Below are positions 30,790 through 42,125 of a DNA stretch of 64,000 bases, piece after piece; position 1 is the first letter of the stretch, and every line of letters begins with the position of its first letter. This DNA comes from Longimicrobiales bacterium (GTDB lineage: Bacteria > Gemmatimonadota > Gemmatimonadetes > Longimicrobiales > Gaopeijiaceae). Position numbers and translations under genes: made by a program. The stretch lies in NCBI GenBank assembly GCA_965203485.1, contig OZ241892.1:96001-160000 (forward strand). Reading direction: 5' to 3'. The notes under the pieces were generated by a model. That model saw only the letters and a program-made list of their open reading frames with translations, made no database searches and had not been told where the DNA came from.

Positions 30790-32813
30790 GTCGCCTCGTA
30801 TTGCTGCTTGAGCTGGTCGACCACGGCCGGGTCGGCCAGCGTCGTGGTGTCTCCGAGCGCGCGGCCGCCCGCAATGTCGCCCAGCAACCTGCGCATGATC
30901 TTGCCCGACCGCGTCTTCGGCAAGGCCGCGGCGAAGAAGACGGCGTCGGGGCGCGCGATCCCGCCGATGCCGTCGGCCACGTGCGCCTTGAGTTCGGCGG
31001 CCAGCTCGTCCCCGCCATGCGCTCCTTCCATCAGCGTGACGAAGGCCGCGATCGCCTGTCCCTTGACGGCGTGGCTCCTGCCGACGACGGCCGCTTCGGC
31101 CACCGCCGGATGCTCCACCAGCGCGCTCTCCACCTCCATCGTTCCGATGCGGTGCCCCGCCACGTTGAGCACGTCGTCCACGCGCCCGAGTATCCACAGG
31201 TAGCCGTCTTCGTCCCGCTTGGCGCCGTCGCCCGCAAAGTAGACGCCGTCCCACTTGGACCAGTACTGCCGCCGGAACCGCTCGTCGTCGCCGTAGATGG
31301 TCCGCAGCATGGAAGGCCACGGGCGGGTGACTGCGAGGTAGCCGGCGTCCACGGGCGCGCCCGCGTCGTCGAGGATGGCCGCCTCGACGCCGGGAAAGGG
31401 CCTGCAAGCGCTGCCTGGTCGCGTGTGGGTGATTCCCGGCAACGGCGTGATCATGATGGCGCCGGTCTCGGTCTGCCACCACGTGTCCACGATCGGGCAC
31501 CGCTCGCCGCCGATCACCCGATGGTACCACGTCCACGCCTCGGGATTGATGGGCTCGCCCACGCTGCCGAGGAGCCGCAACCGCGAGAGGTCGTGCCGGG
31601 CCGGCCACTCCTCGCCCCACTGCATGAACGCTCGAACGGCCGTCGGAGCGGTGTAGAAGATGGTGACCCCGTAGCGCTCGCAGATGCGCCAGAAGCGGTC
31701 CTGGGCGGGCCAGTCCGGCGCTCCTTCGTACATGACCACCGTGGCTCCTGCTGCGAGCGGTCCGTAGACGACGTAGCTGTGGCCGGTGACCCAGCCCACG
31801 TCCGCGGTGCACCAGTAGACGTCGTCCTCCTTCAGGTCGAACACGACCTTCGTCGTGGCGTGGACCTGGGTCAGGTAGCCGCCCGTCGTGTGGACCACGC
31901 CCTTGGGCTTCCCCGTGGTGCCCGACGTGTAGAGGATGTAGAGCAGGTCCTCCGAGTCCATGGGTTCCGGTTCGCACTCGGCGCTCGCGGCGGCGGCCAT
32001 TTCGTGGTACCAGCGGTCGCGGCCCGGCGTCATCGGGGTCGCGCCGGCGCCGGGCGCGTCGTCCGGGAGCTTGCCGGCACGGTTGGCGGCGGCCTGGCTC
32101 GAGTCGGGCGGCGGCGAGTCCGGGCCGCCTCGCGCGACTACCAGGACGTGGGCGATCGACGGGCAACGGGCGACCGCCCGGTCCGCGTTGCGCTTGAGCG
32201 GCGCCATGCGGCCGCGCCGCCAGCCGACGTCGGCCGTCACGAGCGCCTTGGCTTGCGCGTCGTTGATCCTGTCGGCGAGCGAGGCCGCGCTGAAGCCGCC
32301 GAACACCACCGAATGCGGCGCCCCGATTCTTGCGCAGGCCAGCATGGCGAAGGCGGCCTCCGGGATCATCGGCAGATAGATGGCCACGCGGTCGCCCTTC
32401 TTCACGCCGAGCGCCTTCAGGACGTTGGCGAAGCGCCCCACCTCCTCGGCGAGCTGCGCGTACGTGAACGCGCGCCGGTCTCCCGGCTCGCCCTCCCAGA
32501 GCAAGGCGGGCTTGTCCGCCCGGGGACCGTTCAGGTGACGGTCCACGCAGTTGTAGGCGACGTTGAGCGTGCCGCCGACGAACCACTTGGCATGGGGCGG
32601 GTTCCACTCCAGTACCTTGTTCCAGCCGCGAAACCAGTGGAGTTCGCGGGCCTGCTCGGCCCAGAATGCCCCGGGGTCGCGGCCCCGGTCGTAGATGGAC
32701 GAGTCGCGCGCGGCGGCCGCGGCCGCGAACTCGGGCGGCGGCGGGAACCTGCGCTTCTCGTCCAGCAGGGCCTGCATCGTGGCGTCTTCTTGGGACGTTC
32801 CTCGGCCGGGCAT
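30786..32813 (-). CDS. acs: Acetyl-CoA synthetase
   Basis: [37 protein letters not shown]. Confidence 0.95.
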   Translation of the reverse strand: MPGRGTSQEDATMQALLDEKRRFPPPPEFAAAAAARDSSIYDRGRDPGAFWAEQARELHWFRGWNKVLEWNPPHAKWFVGGTLNVAYNCVDRHLNGPRADKPALLWEGEPGDRRAFTYAQLAEEVGRFANVLKALGVKKGDRVAIYLPMIPEAAFAMLACARIGAPHSVVFGGFSAASLADRINDAQAKALVTADVGWRRGRMAPLKRNADRAVARCPSIAHVLVVARGGPDSPPPDSSQAAANRAGKLPDDAPGAGATPMTPGRDRWYHEMAAAASAECEPEPMDSEDLLYILYTSGTTGKPKGVVHTTGGYLTQVHATTKVVFDLKEDDVYWCTADVGWVTGHSYVVYGPLAAGATVVMYEGAPDWPAQDRFWRICERYGVTIFYTAPTAVRAFMQWGEEWPARHDLSRLRLLGSVGEPINPEAWTWYHRVIGGERCPIVDTWWQTETGAIMITPLPGITHTRPGSACRPFPGVEAAILDDAGAPVDAGYLAVTRPWPSMLRTIYGDDERFRRQYWSKWDGVYFAGDGAKRDEDGYLWILGRVDDVLNVAGHRIGTMEVESALVEHPAVAEAAVVGRSHAVKGQAIAAFVTLMEGAHGGDELAAELKAHVADGIGGIARPDAVFFAAALPKTRSGKIMRRLLGDIAGGRALGDTTTLADPAVVDQLKQQYEAT

Positions 32814-32933
32814 CCTGGGTTCGCTCTGGCGGGAATGGCGGGTGGGACGCCAGTATGGGGGCATTCCGAGGCCGCGTCAAAGAGCGGGCGCCGCGGACGT
32901 CGTGCCTCCGGACGGAAAGGAGGCGCGCCGGGG

Positions 32934-33563
32934 ATGAACGGACGGTTGCCGGTGGTGGGCGTGATGGGTTCGGGCACCAGCGAGCACGCGGGTCTCGCCG
33001 AGCCGTTGGGCGAAGCGTTGGCCCGGATGGGCGTGCACTTGCTGACCGGCGGAGGCGGAGGGGTGATGGCGGCGGCGTCGCGGGCGTTCGCGTCCGTCGA
33101 GGGGCGCGCCGGCTTGGTGATCGGCGTGTTGCCGGGCGTCGCCGGGGGGATGCGGCGAGCGGGCGGATCCGGGGAGTCTCCCCGGGGCTACCCGAACCCC
33201 TGGGTTGAACTGGAGGTCCGGACGCACCTGGGAGCCCGCGGCGCGAGCGGAGACGCGTGGGACTCGCGGAACCACGTCAACGTCCTGTCCTCGGACGTGG
33301 TCGTGGCCCTGCCGGGAGGCGCCGGCACCGCGTCCGAGATCGCGCTGGCTCTTTGCTACGGGCGGCCCGTCGTGCTCTTCGGCCGTGGCGAGCGCTCCGG
33401 GAGGCCGCCCGGCGGCGCCGAAGACGTGGCCGCGGCGTCCGCGCTGGAAGACGTGCTGGCCTTTGTGCGCCGCCGCTTGCCGGGCGGAAACGGCGAGGCT
33501 GCGGGAGACCGGCGGCCGCCCGGCGATTCCGGCCCCGGCCCGGCGCCGCGAGGCGCCTTGTGA
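32934..33563 (+). CDS. SLOG/LOG-family (Moco carrier-like) protein
   Basis: GVMGSG, LTGGGGGVM, RNHVNV, PGGAGT.SE; AGGAGG RBS. Confidence 0.75.
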   Translation: MNGRLPVVGVMGSGTSEHAGLAEPLGEALARMGVHLLTGGGGGVMAAASRAFASVEGRAGLVIGVLPGVAGGMRRAGGSGESPRGYPNPWVELEVRTHLGARGASGDAWDSRNHVNVLSSDVVVALPGGAGTASEIALALCYGRPVVLFGRGERSGRPPGGAEDVAAASALEDVLAFVRRRLPGGNGEAAGDRRPPGDSGPGPAPRGAL

Positions 33564-34312
33564 CTCTCCTGCCGCCGACTCCGCCGCTTCCGGCCTTGGT
33601 GAAGGCGCCCGAGCTTCGCGGATGGGTGCGGCTGGCGGTGGGGTTCGGGCCCGTTTCCCGAATCGTCGGGCCTGTGGCGTTTGCGCGTGGATGGGACGAG
33701 TTGCGGGTGCTCTTGAGGCGTTCCCCCGGGGCGCCCGCCGTCGTGGAGCGAGGCGCGGCGCCCGACGAACGCTGGGCCGAGCTCGGAGCGCCGATCGTCC
33801 CAGTTTCGGAAACGGCGAGGGCGCGGGACGCCAAGGCGCTCGAGTCAGCCGTGCTTCGGTCCATCGACCCGGCGGGCGCTCTTGGGGTGCTCGAGGGCGT
33901 GGAGCGCCGGGCCGGCCGCGAGGCGCGGCGAATAGCGGCCCGAATCCTTTCGATGGCGCATCGCCGGTGCGCGGTGCCCGAGGTGGCGGCAGGTCTCGGG
34001 TATTCGCAGGCGACGCTCGCCCGCCGGTGCGCCGTCTTGGGCCTTCCCCGCGCGAAGCGTCTGATTTCGCTCGCCCGCGTCTTCACGGTGGAGCGCTTGG
34101 CGGAATGGAGCCGCCAGCCGTCGGGCGTCGTGGCCGTTGCGCTCGGATTCTCGAACCCCTCGAATTACCGTCGGCTGGTGCGCGGGATGTTCGGCGCGCC
34201 GCCGTCCGTGGTGCGCGAGCGTGGCGGGGCGCGCTACGTCGCCCGTGTGGTCTCAGGGACGCACAGTGCGGCGGGCTCGGCGCGGAGCCAAGACGCGCGT
34301 GACGAAAAATGA
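33560..34312 (+). CDS. AraC-family transcriptional regulator
   Basis: Two HTH motifs: VAAGLGYSQATLARRC and VAVALGFSNPSNYRRLVRGMFGAPPS; GTGA overlap. Confidence 0.75.
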   Translation: MTLLPPTPPLPALVKAPELRGWVRLAVGFGPVSRIVGPVAFARGWDELRVLLRRSPGAPAVVERGAAPDERWAELGAPIVPVSETARARDAKALESAVLRSIDPAGALGVLEGVERRAGREARRIAARILSMAHRRCAVPEVAAGLGYSQATLARRCAVLGLPRAKRLISLARVFTVERLAEWSRQPSGVVAVALGFSNPSNYRRLVRGMFGAPPSVVRERGGARYVARVVSGTHSAAGSARSQDARDEK

Positions 34313-34439
34313 CACTCCCGGATTCGGCCTCCCTGCGTATTGAAATCTACAGAGCGGCATTCCGATCCTTGCCGCGCTTCTTCCCGTCCGCGCACGAATC
34401 GGAGAAGAAAATGAGAAACGCTATTGAGGGATCCGAGGT
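34105..34439 (+). repeat. About 330-bp direct repeat, copy 1 (araC 3' end plus downstream region)
   Basis: Highly similar to 37962-38288. Confidence 0.9.
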
Positions 34440-35715
34440 CCATTTTGGTATTCCGGGACCATGGCGTAGTCCGCCCTTCCGGTTCGCGCCGTCTATGATC
34501 CTCCCCTTTCTGCTCACTTTTACGATTCATTTGGATCTGTTCGCAATTTCTTCAGACCAGCAAGAGCGGTTTCCGGTTTTTCGTCTGTCGAGCACCTTCC
34601 TTTCCGTCTCTGATCAGCGTACTCATCATGGCGACGTCCGCGCCGCTTGGTTGGGATCGGCCATGTTTACGAGCGAAGGCGGATACGTCTTCGTGGACGA
34701 TTCCACAAGACAGGCATACGGAGCTCTTGGAACCGGCCGAATTCAGCCTCTGACCGACGCCGAGCCCGATCTTCCGTCCACCCTTCGCTTGATCGGACGA
34801 TTGTCCTCGGGCGAGATCGTTGCGGCCGATGATCACCGCGGCTCCATTAGCGCTGTCACCGCCGATGACATGACGGCGATAGGGGAATACGACGCGGTGC
34901 GCTGGCAACCTGCATGCGTCTTCGGCGACGGGACCGTAGTCGTACGGCCCAGCGTTCGAGCAAGGTTTGGCGTCCCGCAGGGATCGAAGGATGGGATCCA
35001 TCGCTACTCTGTGGAATATTCCGCGATGGATCGCCAAGGAATCGTACGGCCACTCGCAACAGTAGCGGGCGACGAAGCCACGTGGCTGACGACGCAAAGC
35101 AACGGCTGGCAATCTCGTCGTGCCACGTCCGTGATTTTCGGTCACAAGACGTTAGTGGCATGTTCGCACAACTACCTTGTTGTTGCACAAACCGATCTTG
35201 ACGTCGTGACTCTTGTCGATCGCGATGCCGACACTGTATTGCAATTTCCCTTGCCTGGTCGACGCCACTCCGTGTCTGCAACCCAAATCGACGCTCAAAG
35301 GCGCTTAAGCACGGCCACAGCCGGGCGCCGTAGTCGTATCGAGCGGCGCCGATACGAATACATGGCTTCAAAAACTGCAATACGGATCGTCCACCGTGAC
35401 CTCACGCCTGACGACATGGCGGCGGTTCCTTCCAACGACATTGCCCCGCCCGTCGATCAACTCTTTGTAGACGCTTCCGATCGCATTTGGATCAGAATGC
35501 TTCCATTGCCAAACGACGAAACGATCCACTGGCACGTCTGGAGCGTCGACCAGCGGGCAACGTCGTTTCTATTTAAGCTTCCTCGGCAAGCTAATGTTGC
35601 CGATGCATACGATGACCGCGTCTTGTTGCGCGTCGAAGAACCAGGGAGGCACGATCGTTTGATCGTTGCCCCGATGATCCGAAGTCCCGACAGTGGCCAG
35701 TTGCCCGCATTCTGA
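34411..35715 (+). CDS. Beta-propeller-like exported protein; start uncertain
   Basis: Shares VIFGH, VAQTD and APPVDQLFVDASDRIW with the propeller domain of 36101-37897. Confidence 0.6.
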   Translation: MRNAIEGSEVHFGIPGPWRSPPFRFAPSMILPFLLTFTIHLDLFAISSDQQERFPVFRLSSTFLSVSDQRTHHGDVRAAWLGSAMFTSEGGYVFVDDSTRQAYGALGTGRIQPLTDAEPDLPSTLRLIGRLSSGEIVAADDHRGSISAVTADDMTAIGEYDAVRWQPACVFGDGTVVVRPSVRARFGVPQGSKDGIHRYSVEYSAMDRQGIVRPLATVAGDEATWLTTQSNGWQSRRATSVIFGHKTLVACSHNYLVVAQTDLDVVTLVDRDADTVLQFPLPGRRHSVSATQIDAQRRLSTATAGRRSRIERRRYEYMASKTAIRIVHRDLTPDDMAAVPSNDIAPPVDQLFVDASDRIWIRMLPLPNDETIHWHVWSVDQRATSFLFKLPRQANVADAYDDRVLLRVEEPGRHDRLIVAPMIRSPDSGQLPAF

Positions 35716-35768
35716 CCCCAATCACGCTTCGGAACGACACACTTTAGCTTCAGGAAAAGGAGAAAGCC

Positions 35769-35972
35769 GTGAAATCGAATACACTCATCATTCGTTTGCT
35801 CGGATTGTTGCTGATCGCAATCCTGGCGGGCGATGCCGAGGCGGCCGGAGAAATGGACGTTGCTGGACCATGCGTGCCGTTTCTCGGGTGTACTCTCTGC
35901 AAAGCAGACAATCAAGACTGTCTAGTCATGTTTTGCGGCGATCACATTCACACCAACTGTGATTTCAACTGA
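35769..35972 (+). CDS. Small secreted Cys-rich peptide 1 (67 aa, 6 Cys)
   Basis: AAGGAG RBS and GTG start; Sec signal ending AEA; mature region C-x5-C-x2-C-x6-C-x4-C-x7-C. Confidence 0.75.
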   Translation: MKSNTLIIRLLGLLLIAILAGDAEAAGEMDVAGPCVPFLGCTLCKADNQDCLVMFCGDHIHTNCDFN

Positions 35973-36100
35973 GACAGGATGGGTTACACGACGATGTTGC
36001 AGGAGCTGAAGAAGTAAAGGCGTGACATGATCAGAAACGGGCAACTGGCCACGGGATCGCAAATGACAACGGTCGGCATGCATGAGGAAGGGGACGGCCA

Positions 36101-37897
36101 ATGACACTAGAAAGGCCAAGAAGCAAAAGACGTCTGGATCTTGTCGTAAACATTTCGATTCTGGCGACGCTCGCCTTTCTGCTCGCTGGGCCTTCCGGGC
36201 CTTTGGGTCGGATCATCGGGCGAACGTATAATGAATGGCAGGAACACCGTCGCATTGCGGCGACTTGGCCCGAACTCCTCAACAGCTCGGCGACGCTTGG
36301 CAGGAACGTTGACGACAACACTTGGAATGGGCCGGTGTTGGTAGAGTTTGTCGATTATCAATGTGCATCTTGCAGAAGGTTGGCGAATTCAGTATCGGAC
36401 GTGGCGGCATCTGGTCGAGCGAGGGTTGTGATTCGCCATTTTCCGATGGATGAACTGCATGGATGGGCTCGTGATGCCGCAAGGGCGGCGATCTGCGCGA
36501 CGAAGCAAGGTGCGTTTCCGCGAGTGCACGAGATGTTGCTGACCGAGACGGCGTGGATCGAGCAGAGGGACTGGACCAGTTTGGCAGGCAAGGCGAAAGT
36601 GCCGGAAATCGGCAACTTCGCGCGGTGCATGAGCGACCCCAGCACCGACCAGCAGATTGAGAACGACATTCGGACGGCAGAGCGATTGCGGGTTCGGGGG
36701 ACGCCGACGTTCGTGACGAAGTCTGGCCTTTTTGAAGGCGCGTCGGGCTTGGCTGAAGCGCTGGCGACGATGCGACCGCCCGGGCAGACGGTACAGGAAG
36801 ATGAGCGTGTTGGAACCTTGCATGTTGGAAAGGCCGCCATCTTCGATTCGTTTCTGCACCCGGAATCGTCCGTCTCTCGGCTGGGCCGGCTGGCAGGAGC
36901 ATTGTTCGTTGACGAGCAACGATTGTTGATAGGTGACCAGATGAACGCCGAGCTTCACTTGGTCGACTTGCCGACGGGCGACGTGACGACGATTGGGAGA
37001 CGGGGCGATGGACCCGGGGAATTCCATCTGCTCTTGGACGTCATGCGGACACGCGACGGATTTGCGGCATGGGATGCTGGACTGGCGAGGATCACGATGT
37101 TTTCCAAGACGGGCGATGTCGCCGAGAGTTGGTCTTATAATCGCATGTGGTTCAATCAGCCCATTGCGGCTCCTATCGCCGTGTTGTCGGATGGCGCCGT
37201 GGTCTTTCGCGACGGCGCGGAGCCGGCGGAGCGGCAAGGGCGCTTCAGGGACGAAACGCGATATGTGGAGGTAGCGAGAGACGGCATCGCCGGCATGGTG
37301 ACGGAGGCGCTGGGACGGGAGTACTGGAGCGGCAAGGGCGGATTCCAGCCGGTGATGTTCGGCCACCTCCTCTTGGAAGCACAGATTGGCGATCAGATCG
37401 CGGTCTCGCAAACCGACCTCGGCACGGTCAGGATAGTGAGCCGTGACGGAGAGGTCTCTGCGGAGCTCCGATTGGGACAGGAAAAACGGCCGTCCGCGTC
37501 GCAGGTGGAGACGACCCGGGAGAATGCGCGCAAGCAGTTGCGCCTCCGCATAGAGCGGGACGGACGACGTCCAAACGGAGCCGTTTTTCGACAAATCAAC
37601 GAAGCGAAATTGGCGGATGTCGACGACGTGCCGATGAACGAGACGTCGCCGCCCATCGACGCCATGTTCGTGGACATGGACGGGCGGCTTTGGTTGCGTG
37701 CCTACGCGATGCCAGACGACGACGGCAGCCGCTGGCAAGTGTGGAACCCGAACAACTTGAGTCGGCCGCAGGCGGTCTTGGTCGTTCAAGCCGACAAGGA
37801 GTTGCTCGATGCAAGCGGCGCTTATGTCGTCTTGCACGAGAGGAACGCCATGGGAATCGACCGCGTCCTCGTAGCCGCACTGGTGGAGGAGGATTGA
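36101..37897 (+). CDS. Membrane-anchored DsbA/thioredoxin-fold domain fused to a beta-propeller
   Basis: N-terminal TM helix, EFVDYQCASC, RHFP, GTPTF; then GRRGDGPGEF and DMDGRLW. Confidence 0.8.
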   Translation: MTLERPRSKRRLDLVVNISILATLAFLLAGPSGPLGRIIGRTYNEWQEHRRIAATWPELLNSSATLGRNVDDNTWNGPVLVEFVDYQCASCRRLANSVSDVAASGRARVVIRHFPMDELHGWARDAARAAICATKQGAFPRVHEMLLTETAWIEQRDWTSLAGKAKVPEIGNFARCMSDPSTDQQIENDIRTAERLRVRGTPTFVTKSGLFEGASGLAEALATMRPPGQTVQEDERVGTLHVGKAAIFDSFLHPESSVSRLGRLAGALFVDEQRLLIGDQMNAELHLVDLPTGDVTTIGRRGDGPGEFHLLLDVMRTRDGFAAWDAGLARITMFSKTGDVAESWSYNRMWFNQPIAAPIAVLSDGAVVFRDGAEPAERQGRFRDETRYVEVARDGIAGMVTEALGREYWSGKGGFQPVMFGHLLLEAQIGDQIAVSQTDLGTVRIVSRDGEVSAELRLGQEKRPSASQVETTRENARKQLRLRIERDGRRPNGAVFRQINEAKLADVDDVPMNETSPPIDAMFVDMDGRLWLRAYAMPDDDGSRWQVWNPNNLSRPQAVLVVQADKELLDASGAYVVLHERNAMGIDRVLVAALVEED

Positions 37898-37961
37898 GCG
37901 TCGCGGTGCAACTCTTCGTCGCCGGGAGCACTCAGGCCCTTTGAGTGCGATCCCTGTTGCG

Positions 37962-38288
37962 ATGGAGCCGCCCAGCCGTCGGACGTCGTGGCCGTCGCGC
38001 TCGGATTTTCGAACCCCTCGAATTACCGTCGGCTGGTGCGCGGGACGTTCGGCGCGCCGCCGTCCGTGGTACGCGAGCGCGGCGGGGCGCGCTACGTCGC
38101 CCGAGTGGTCTCGGGGACGCACGGCGCGGCGGGCCTGGCGCGGAGCCAAGACGCGCGTGACGAAAAATGACACTCCCGGATTCGGCCTCCCTGCGTATTG
38201 AATCTACAGAGCGGCATTCCGATCCTTTGCCGCGCTTCTTCCCATCTACGCACGAATCAAATGAGAAACGCATTGAGGGACCCGAGGT
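37962..38288 (+). repeat. About 330-bp direct repeat, copy 2, containing a 5'-truncated araC remnant
   Basis: Encodes AVALGFSNPSNYRRLVRGTFGAPPS...DARDEK with no N-terminal part. Confidence 0.9.
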
Positions 38289-38298
38289 AGGTGGCAAC

Positions 38299-39388
38299 GT
38301 GAAGAATCCGGCTCGCGTCCGCTCGGCCCTCGCGGTCTTCGCCTTGGCCGCGGGATGCGGAGACGCAACAAATCAGGAACGCCTGGTGTTGCCCGAGCCG
38401 ACGGGCGAAGCCGGGGTCCCAGCCAGCGAGAACGGCAACGTCGCGCTTGTCGGCGAATCCACCGCGTGCGTGGTGGACTCGTACTTTGTCCAGATCCATT
38501 GCGTGACTCGCGACGAACGGACAGTCGCGGCCTGGGGGAGCGAAGGCGAAGGTCCCGGAGAGTTCGGCAACATTGCCGCCCTAGTGCGCGGGCCCGAAGA
38601 AACGGTGGCCGTCGTGGACCACCAACTGAGCCGGATCACCACGTTCCGGCTTTCCGGCGAGCCCGTGTCCGAGACGCCCCTCCCGTCTCTCTTCGGCACG
38701 AGGGGCCCCTGGGCGTCACATTGCAGGGCCACTACATGGAGATCGGCCTCCCCTTGGACATCCGGCAAGTGGAGATCGACGCCGCGTCGGGCGAGCTGGA
38801 GTGGGAGCGCCGTTCCCTGTTTCCTATCCGCGGTGCGACGATGCAAATGAGAACGCCGAAGCGAGAGGCTCCGCTTTCGGGTCCCCTGCATCCGGTGGCG
38901 GAATGGTTTTCCCGGCATGCGACGGCCAGCTGATCCTGTTCCCCGACCGAGACGGCGACGCTACGGTGACGATTCCGCGCCCCGGGTTTGCCACCGAGTT
39001 CCCCAACGAGCGCGAAGTCGTCAAGTTCGCGGAGTCCCGGCGGCGGACGACGCCGTGGAGGTCCAACGCCGACAACGATGTCGAGGCCGACGTCGCCGCT
39101 TTTCGCCAAGAACCGAAGCAGTGGCTCCATCTCGGCCCCAAGCTGGACGACGCGGGGCGGCTGTGGCTGTTGACGAGCCGCGACCGCGACGAATTCTCGT
39201 ACATCGAACTGGTTGTCGGCGCCGAATACGCCGGCACCGTGAGGGTGGCGGACCGCGTGGTCGGCCTTGACGTCCTCGGCAATTCCCTCGCCGTCCTCGT
39301 CGAACTCCCGGCAGGCCCCGGCGACTCCGACGGCATGGAAGATCGAACGGTGGTATGGTACGACATCTCCGGATTGCCCAGCTCATGA
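38299..39388 (+). pseudogene. Beta-propeller lipoprotein split by two apparent frameshifts
   Basis: LAAGC lipobox and GSEGEGPGEF. The coding sense moves between frames near 38705 and 38820 and ends with DDAGRLW. Confidence 0.65.
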
Positions 39389-39471
39389 CGAGCGGTGGGG
39401 TCTATAAGGACGATTTGCGGGCGGCGGCTCCACCACCAATCCACATCCACATGCAAGGCCTTTAGCGATTC

Positions 39472-40625
39472 ATGACTGGTCGGGCCATTCGATTGCTGGC
39501 GGCGTGCGCCGCGGGATTGGCCATCTGCTGCGCCCCCGAGCAGGAGGCGGCCAGCGGGGACGAGGCCGGCAGGCTCCGTCCGCTGGCGTCCACGCTCGCA
39601 AGAGACATCGACCTGGAGGCCGGCGGAGGTCCTCCGGTGGTCGGACTTGACTACCTTGCGGCCGATTCGGTCGGCAACCTGTTCGTGCTGGACGCAAGCG
39701 CAGGGCACCTCCACAAGTACACGGCGGCGGGTCGGCATGTCGGCACCCTGGCAGGTGCGGACGGCGAACCGGTGTTTCTCCGCCAGCCCGCTGGTCCGTC
39801 GCCAGGGGGCGTCGTGGTGGGCCGCGACGGCAACGTCTACGTGGCGGCTGCTCCGCACGGCATGTTCGACCCGGAGTTGACCGAGAACTGGGTCAAGGGG
39901 GCCGTCACGCGTGTCTCGCCCGCCTTGGCGGTCGACACGGTCTTCACGATTCGAGGCCCGGAGGTCGTCGGTGGACTGTCCGCGTCGCCCCGCGAACTGG
40001 CGGTCGTGCTAGGACGTCCGAGGGACGCCGTGGAGCGGAGGTTCGGGTTGACCGAAGAAGAAGTCCTCGCGCGCGAAGAAGTTCTCCTCTTGACCTACGA
40101 CGGCGTGCCGACGACAGCCTTCATCCCGCAGACGAACGAAGGCACGGAGTGCCCTATTGGGGAGGATGGTTCAGAACCTACACAGCCGCCGCGGGCAACG
40201 AACTCTTGGTCGTCAGCTCCCTTTATCCGATTCATCGTTACCGGCCGGGAGGAGAACTGGCAGGAACCTTCGGGAGCGCGTCGGCTTCTTTCCGGCAACC
40301 GAGCCGGCCGGAGCCTCGGTCGTTCCCTACGGCGGATGCGCGATACTACGAGTGGCGGAGTTCGTTCACGACCATAGGAGGCATGCATGTCGTGGCGGAC
40401 TCGTTGGTGGTGGTCGTCTTGGAGGATCGCAACGCCGACGAGCTTGCCGCGGCGCAGTGGTCGTATCGGGCGGACGTCTACGACTTGCGCTCCGGCACTC
40501 CAGTGGCGCGAGACGTCGGCCTCGAGGGCCCAGTGCTGCACGCCGACACTTTGTTGCACGTGGCTTGGCGGCCGACCGGCGACGGTTGGCATGTCGGCCT
40601 CTTCGACTTGTCGGAGGGCCGATGA
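39472..40625 (+). pseudogene. NHL/beta-propeller lipoprotein with one apparent frameshift
   Basis: LAICC leader, DSVGNLFVLD, DGNVYV; continues as PYWGGW in another frame near 40145. Confidence 0.65.
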
Positions 40626-41824
40626 CGAAGCACATGCCAGAGGCAATTCACCGTTGGCGGCACCTTTCGGTGGCATGCCAGCGTCTGGGACCAGGACGGA
40701 TCGCTGTTCTTGCCTTGGCAGTCGTGTCGGCCAGTTGTGCCGACGCGGATCCGCCGCCAACGACGATGGCGACGGTGAACGTCGCCGACGCCCCACAGTG
40801 GAGCGTGGCGTCAAGCTTCGAGGTGGAACAGGACGAAGACGAACCCCTGGGTCGGGTGACCGGGGGATTGCTCCCGTCTGCCAACCTCATTGCAATCGCG
40901 GACGGTCTCAACTATCGCGTCGTTGTGGCGGATTCGTTGGGACGGCGCCTGCGGACGGTCGGCCGGGCCGGAATGGGACCGCTCGAGTTCGTGGAGATTG
41001 AGTGGATGGCCCGGTGGCCAGGAGATTCGGTGTTCGTCTGGGATTCTCGGTCAAGACGCTATTCGGTGTTTTCGCCGGAGACCGGCGAGGGCCGGACGGT
41101 TCTCCCGCAAGGAATGGAGACCCCGGTTTCCCGGGCGTTGCCGGGCGACGGCGGAGGCTTATGGGTGCTCGGCGTGGTGTTGGTCCCCAAGGAAGCTTCG
41201 CTCCCCCGCGGCCCGCACCGGTTCCGTCACGACTTGGGCTACTGGCAAGGGACGGGCCGCGTGAAGAAGGTGCATTCTCTGGCAGGACAAGGGCGCGTGG
41301 GACGGGGGCGGCCATGGCTGGGGGCCCCGATCACGGCGACCACGACGGGCGACGGCCTTTTCTACTTCACCGAGGGAGAGAGCCCCACGGTTGCCGTGCT
41401 CGATTCCACTGGCGTCGTGTTGCGGGAGATCAACGTGCGCGGCATGGCCGTTCAACTCACGGACGCGCGGCGCCAGAAGCTTGTTGAATGGCTGTACGAG
41501 TCGTCCGGCTATTCCGTCGCCGCCGTGAACCGGTCGCTCGATGCCGTGCCTTTGCCGGAGCAGTTCGACGCGATCTCCCGGATGGTCTTCGGCCGCGACG
41601 GAACGCTGTGGCTAGGCCAGCGGCCGGTGCCGGAGACGGAACGGCTCTGGCTCAACGTGACCACGGAGGGCGAGCCGATAAGGCAGGTGGCGATGCCCGC
41701 GGGAAGCGGCGTCATGCTGGACGCCGCCGGAGATCGTCTGCTCTTCCTGACGCGCGACGAACTGGACTTGGACCACATTCACGTGCACGTGATCGTTGCG
41801 GGAGGCCGGGGAAGACTGAGGTAA
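40622..41824 (+). CDS. Beta-propeller lipoprotein
   Basis: SASC lipobox-like motif, GRAGMGPLEF, GDSVFVWD, RDGTLW; ATGA overlap. Confidence 0.75.
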   Translation: MTKHMPEAIHRWRHLSVACQRLGPGRIAVLALAVVSASCADADPPPTTMATVNVADAPQWSVASSFEVEQDEDEPLGRVTGGLLPSANLIAIADGLNYRVVVADSLGRRLRTVGRAGMGPLEFVEIEWMARWPGDSVFVWDSRSRRYSVFSPETGEGRTVLPQGMETPVSRALPGDGGGLWVLGVVLVPKEASLPRGPHRFRHDLGYWQGTGRVKKVHSLAGQGRVGRGRPWLGAPITATTTGDGLFYFTEGESPTVAVLDSTGVVLREINVRGMAVQLTDARRQKLVEWLYESSGYSVAAVNRSLDAVPLPEQFDAISRMVFGRDGTLWLGQRPVPETERLWLNVTTEGEPIRQVAMPAGSGVMLDAAGDRLLFLTRDELDLDHIHVHVIVAGGRGRLR

Positions 41825-41843
41825 GACGGCCGTTGCTGAGGCG

Positions 41844-42125
41844 TCGACTTGTCGGGCCGCTATCGCGCATCGGCGCTGTTGCCGGACAGGGTTGAAGTGA
41901 TCGGCGCATGGAGGAACAGGTCGATCGGGATCGAGCATGCCACAAAGCCGTTTGACCCGGTTCTCAAGTCGTGTCAATTGCGGGAAGCGATTCCGATGTA
42001 GCGCGTCTCGCCAATGGCATCGAACCCGGGAGCCTTGCGAAATCGGCAGCGGGGAGTTCTTGCGTTGCCTTCATGCCCGGAATCCCTACGCGCCGGCCGA
42101 GTCGGCGGAGAACGCGGGACCCCGA
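41844..42125 (+). pseudogene. Degenerate copy of 46254-46548 (3' end of the DsbA-propeller gene plus 5' end of the ECF sigma gene)
   Basis: Shared blocks such as CTGTTGCCGGACA.GGTTGAAGTG, CCCGGTTCTCAAGTCGT and GCGAAATCGGCAGCGGGGAGTTCTTGCG. Confidence 0.85.

Noticed and set aside
29731..32880. 1049-aa ORF
   Set aside because: Only 29731-30789 is a real gene; the rest is an alternative frame over acs.
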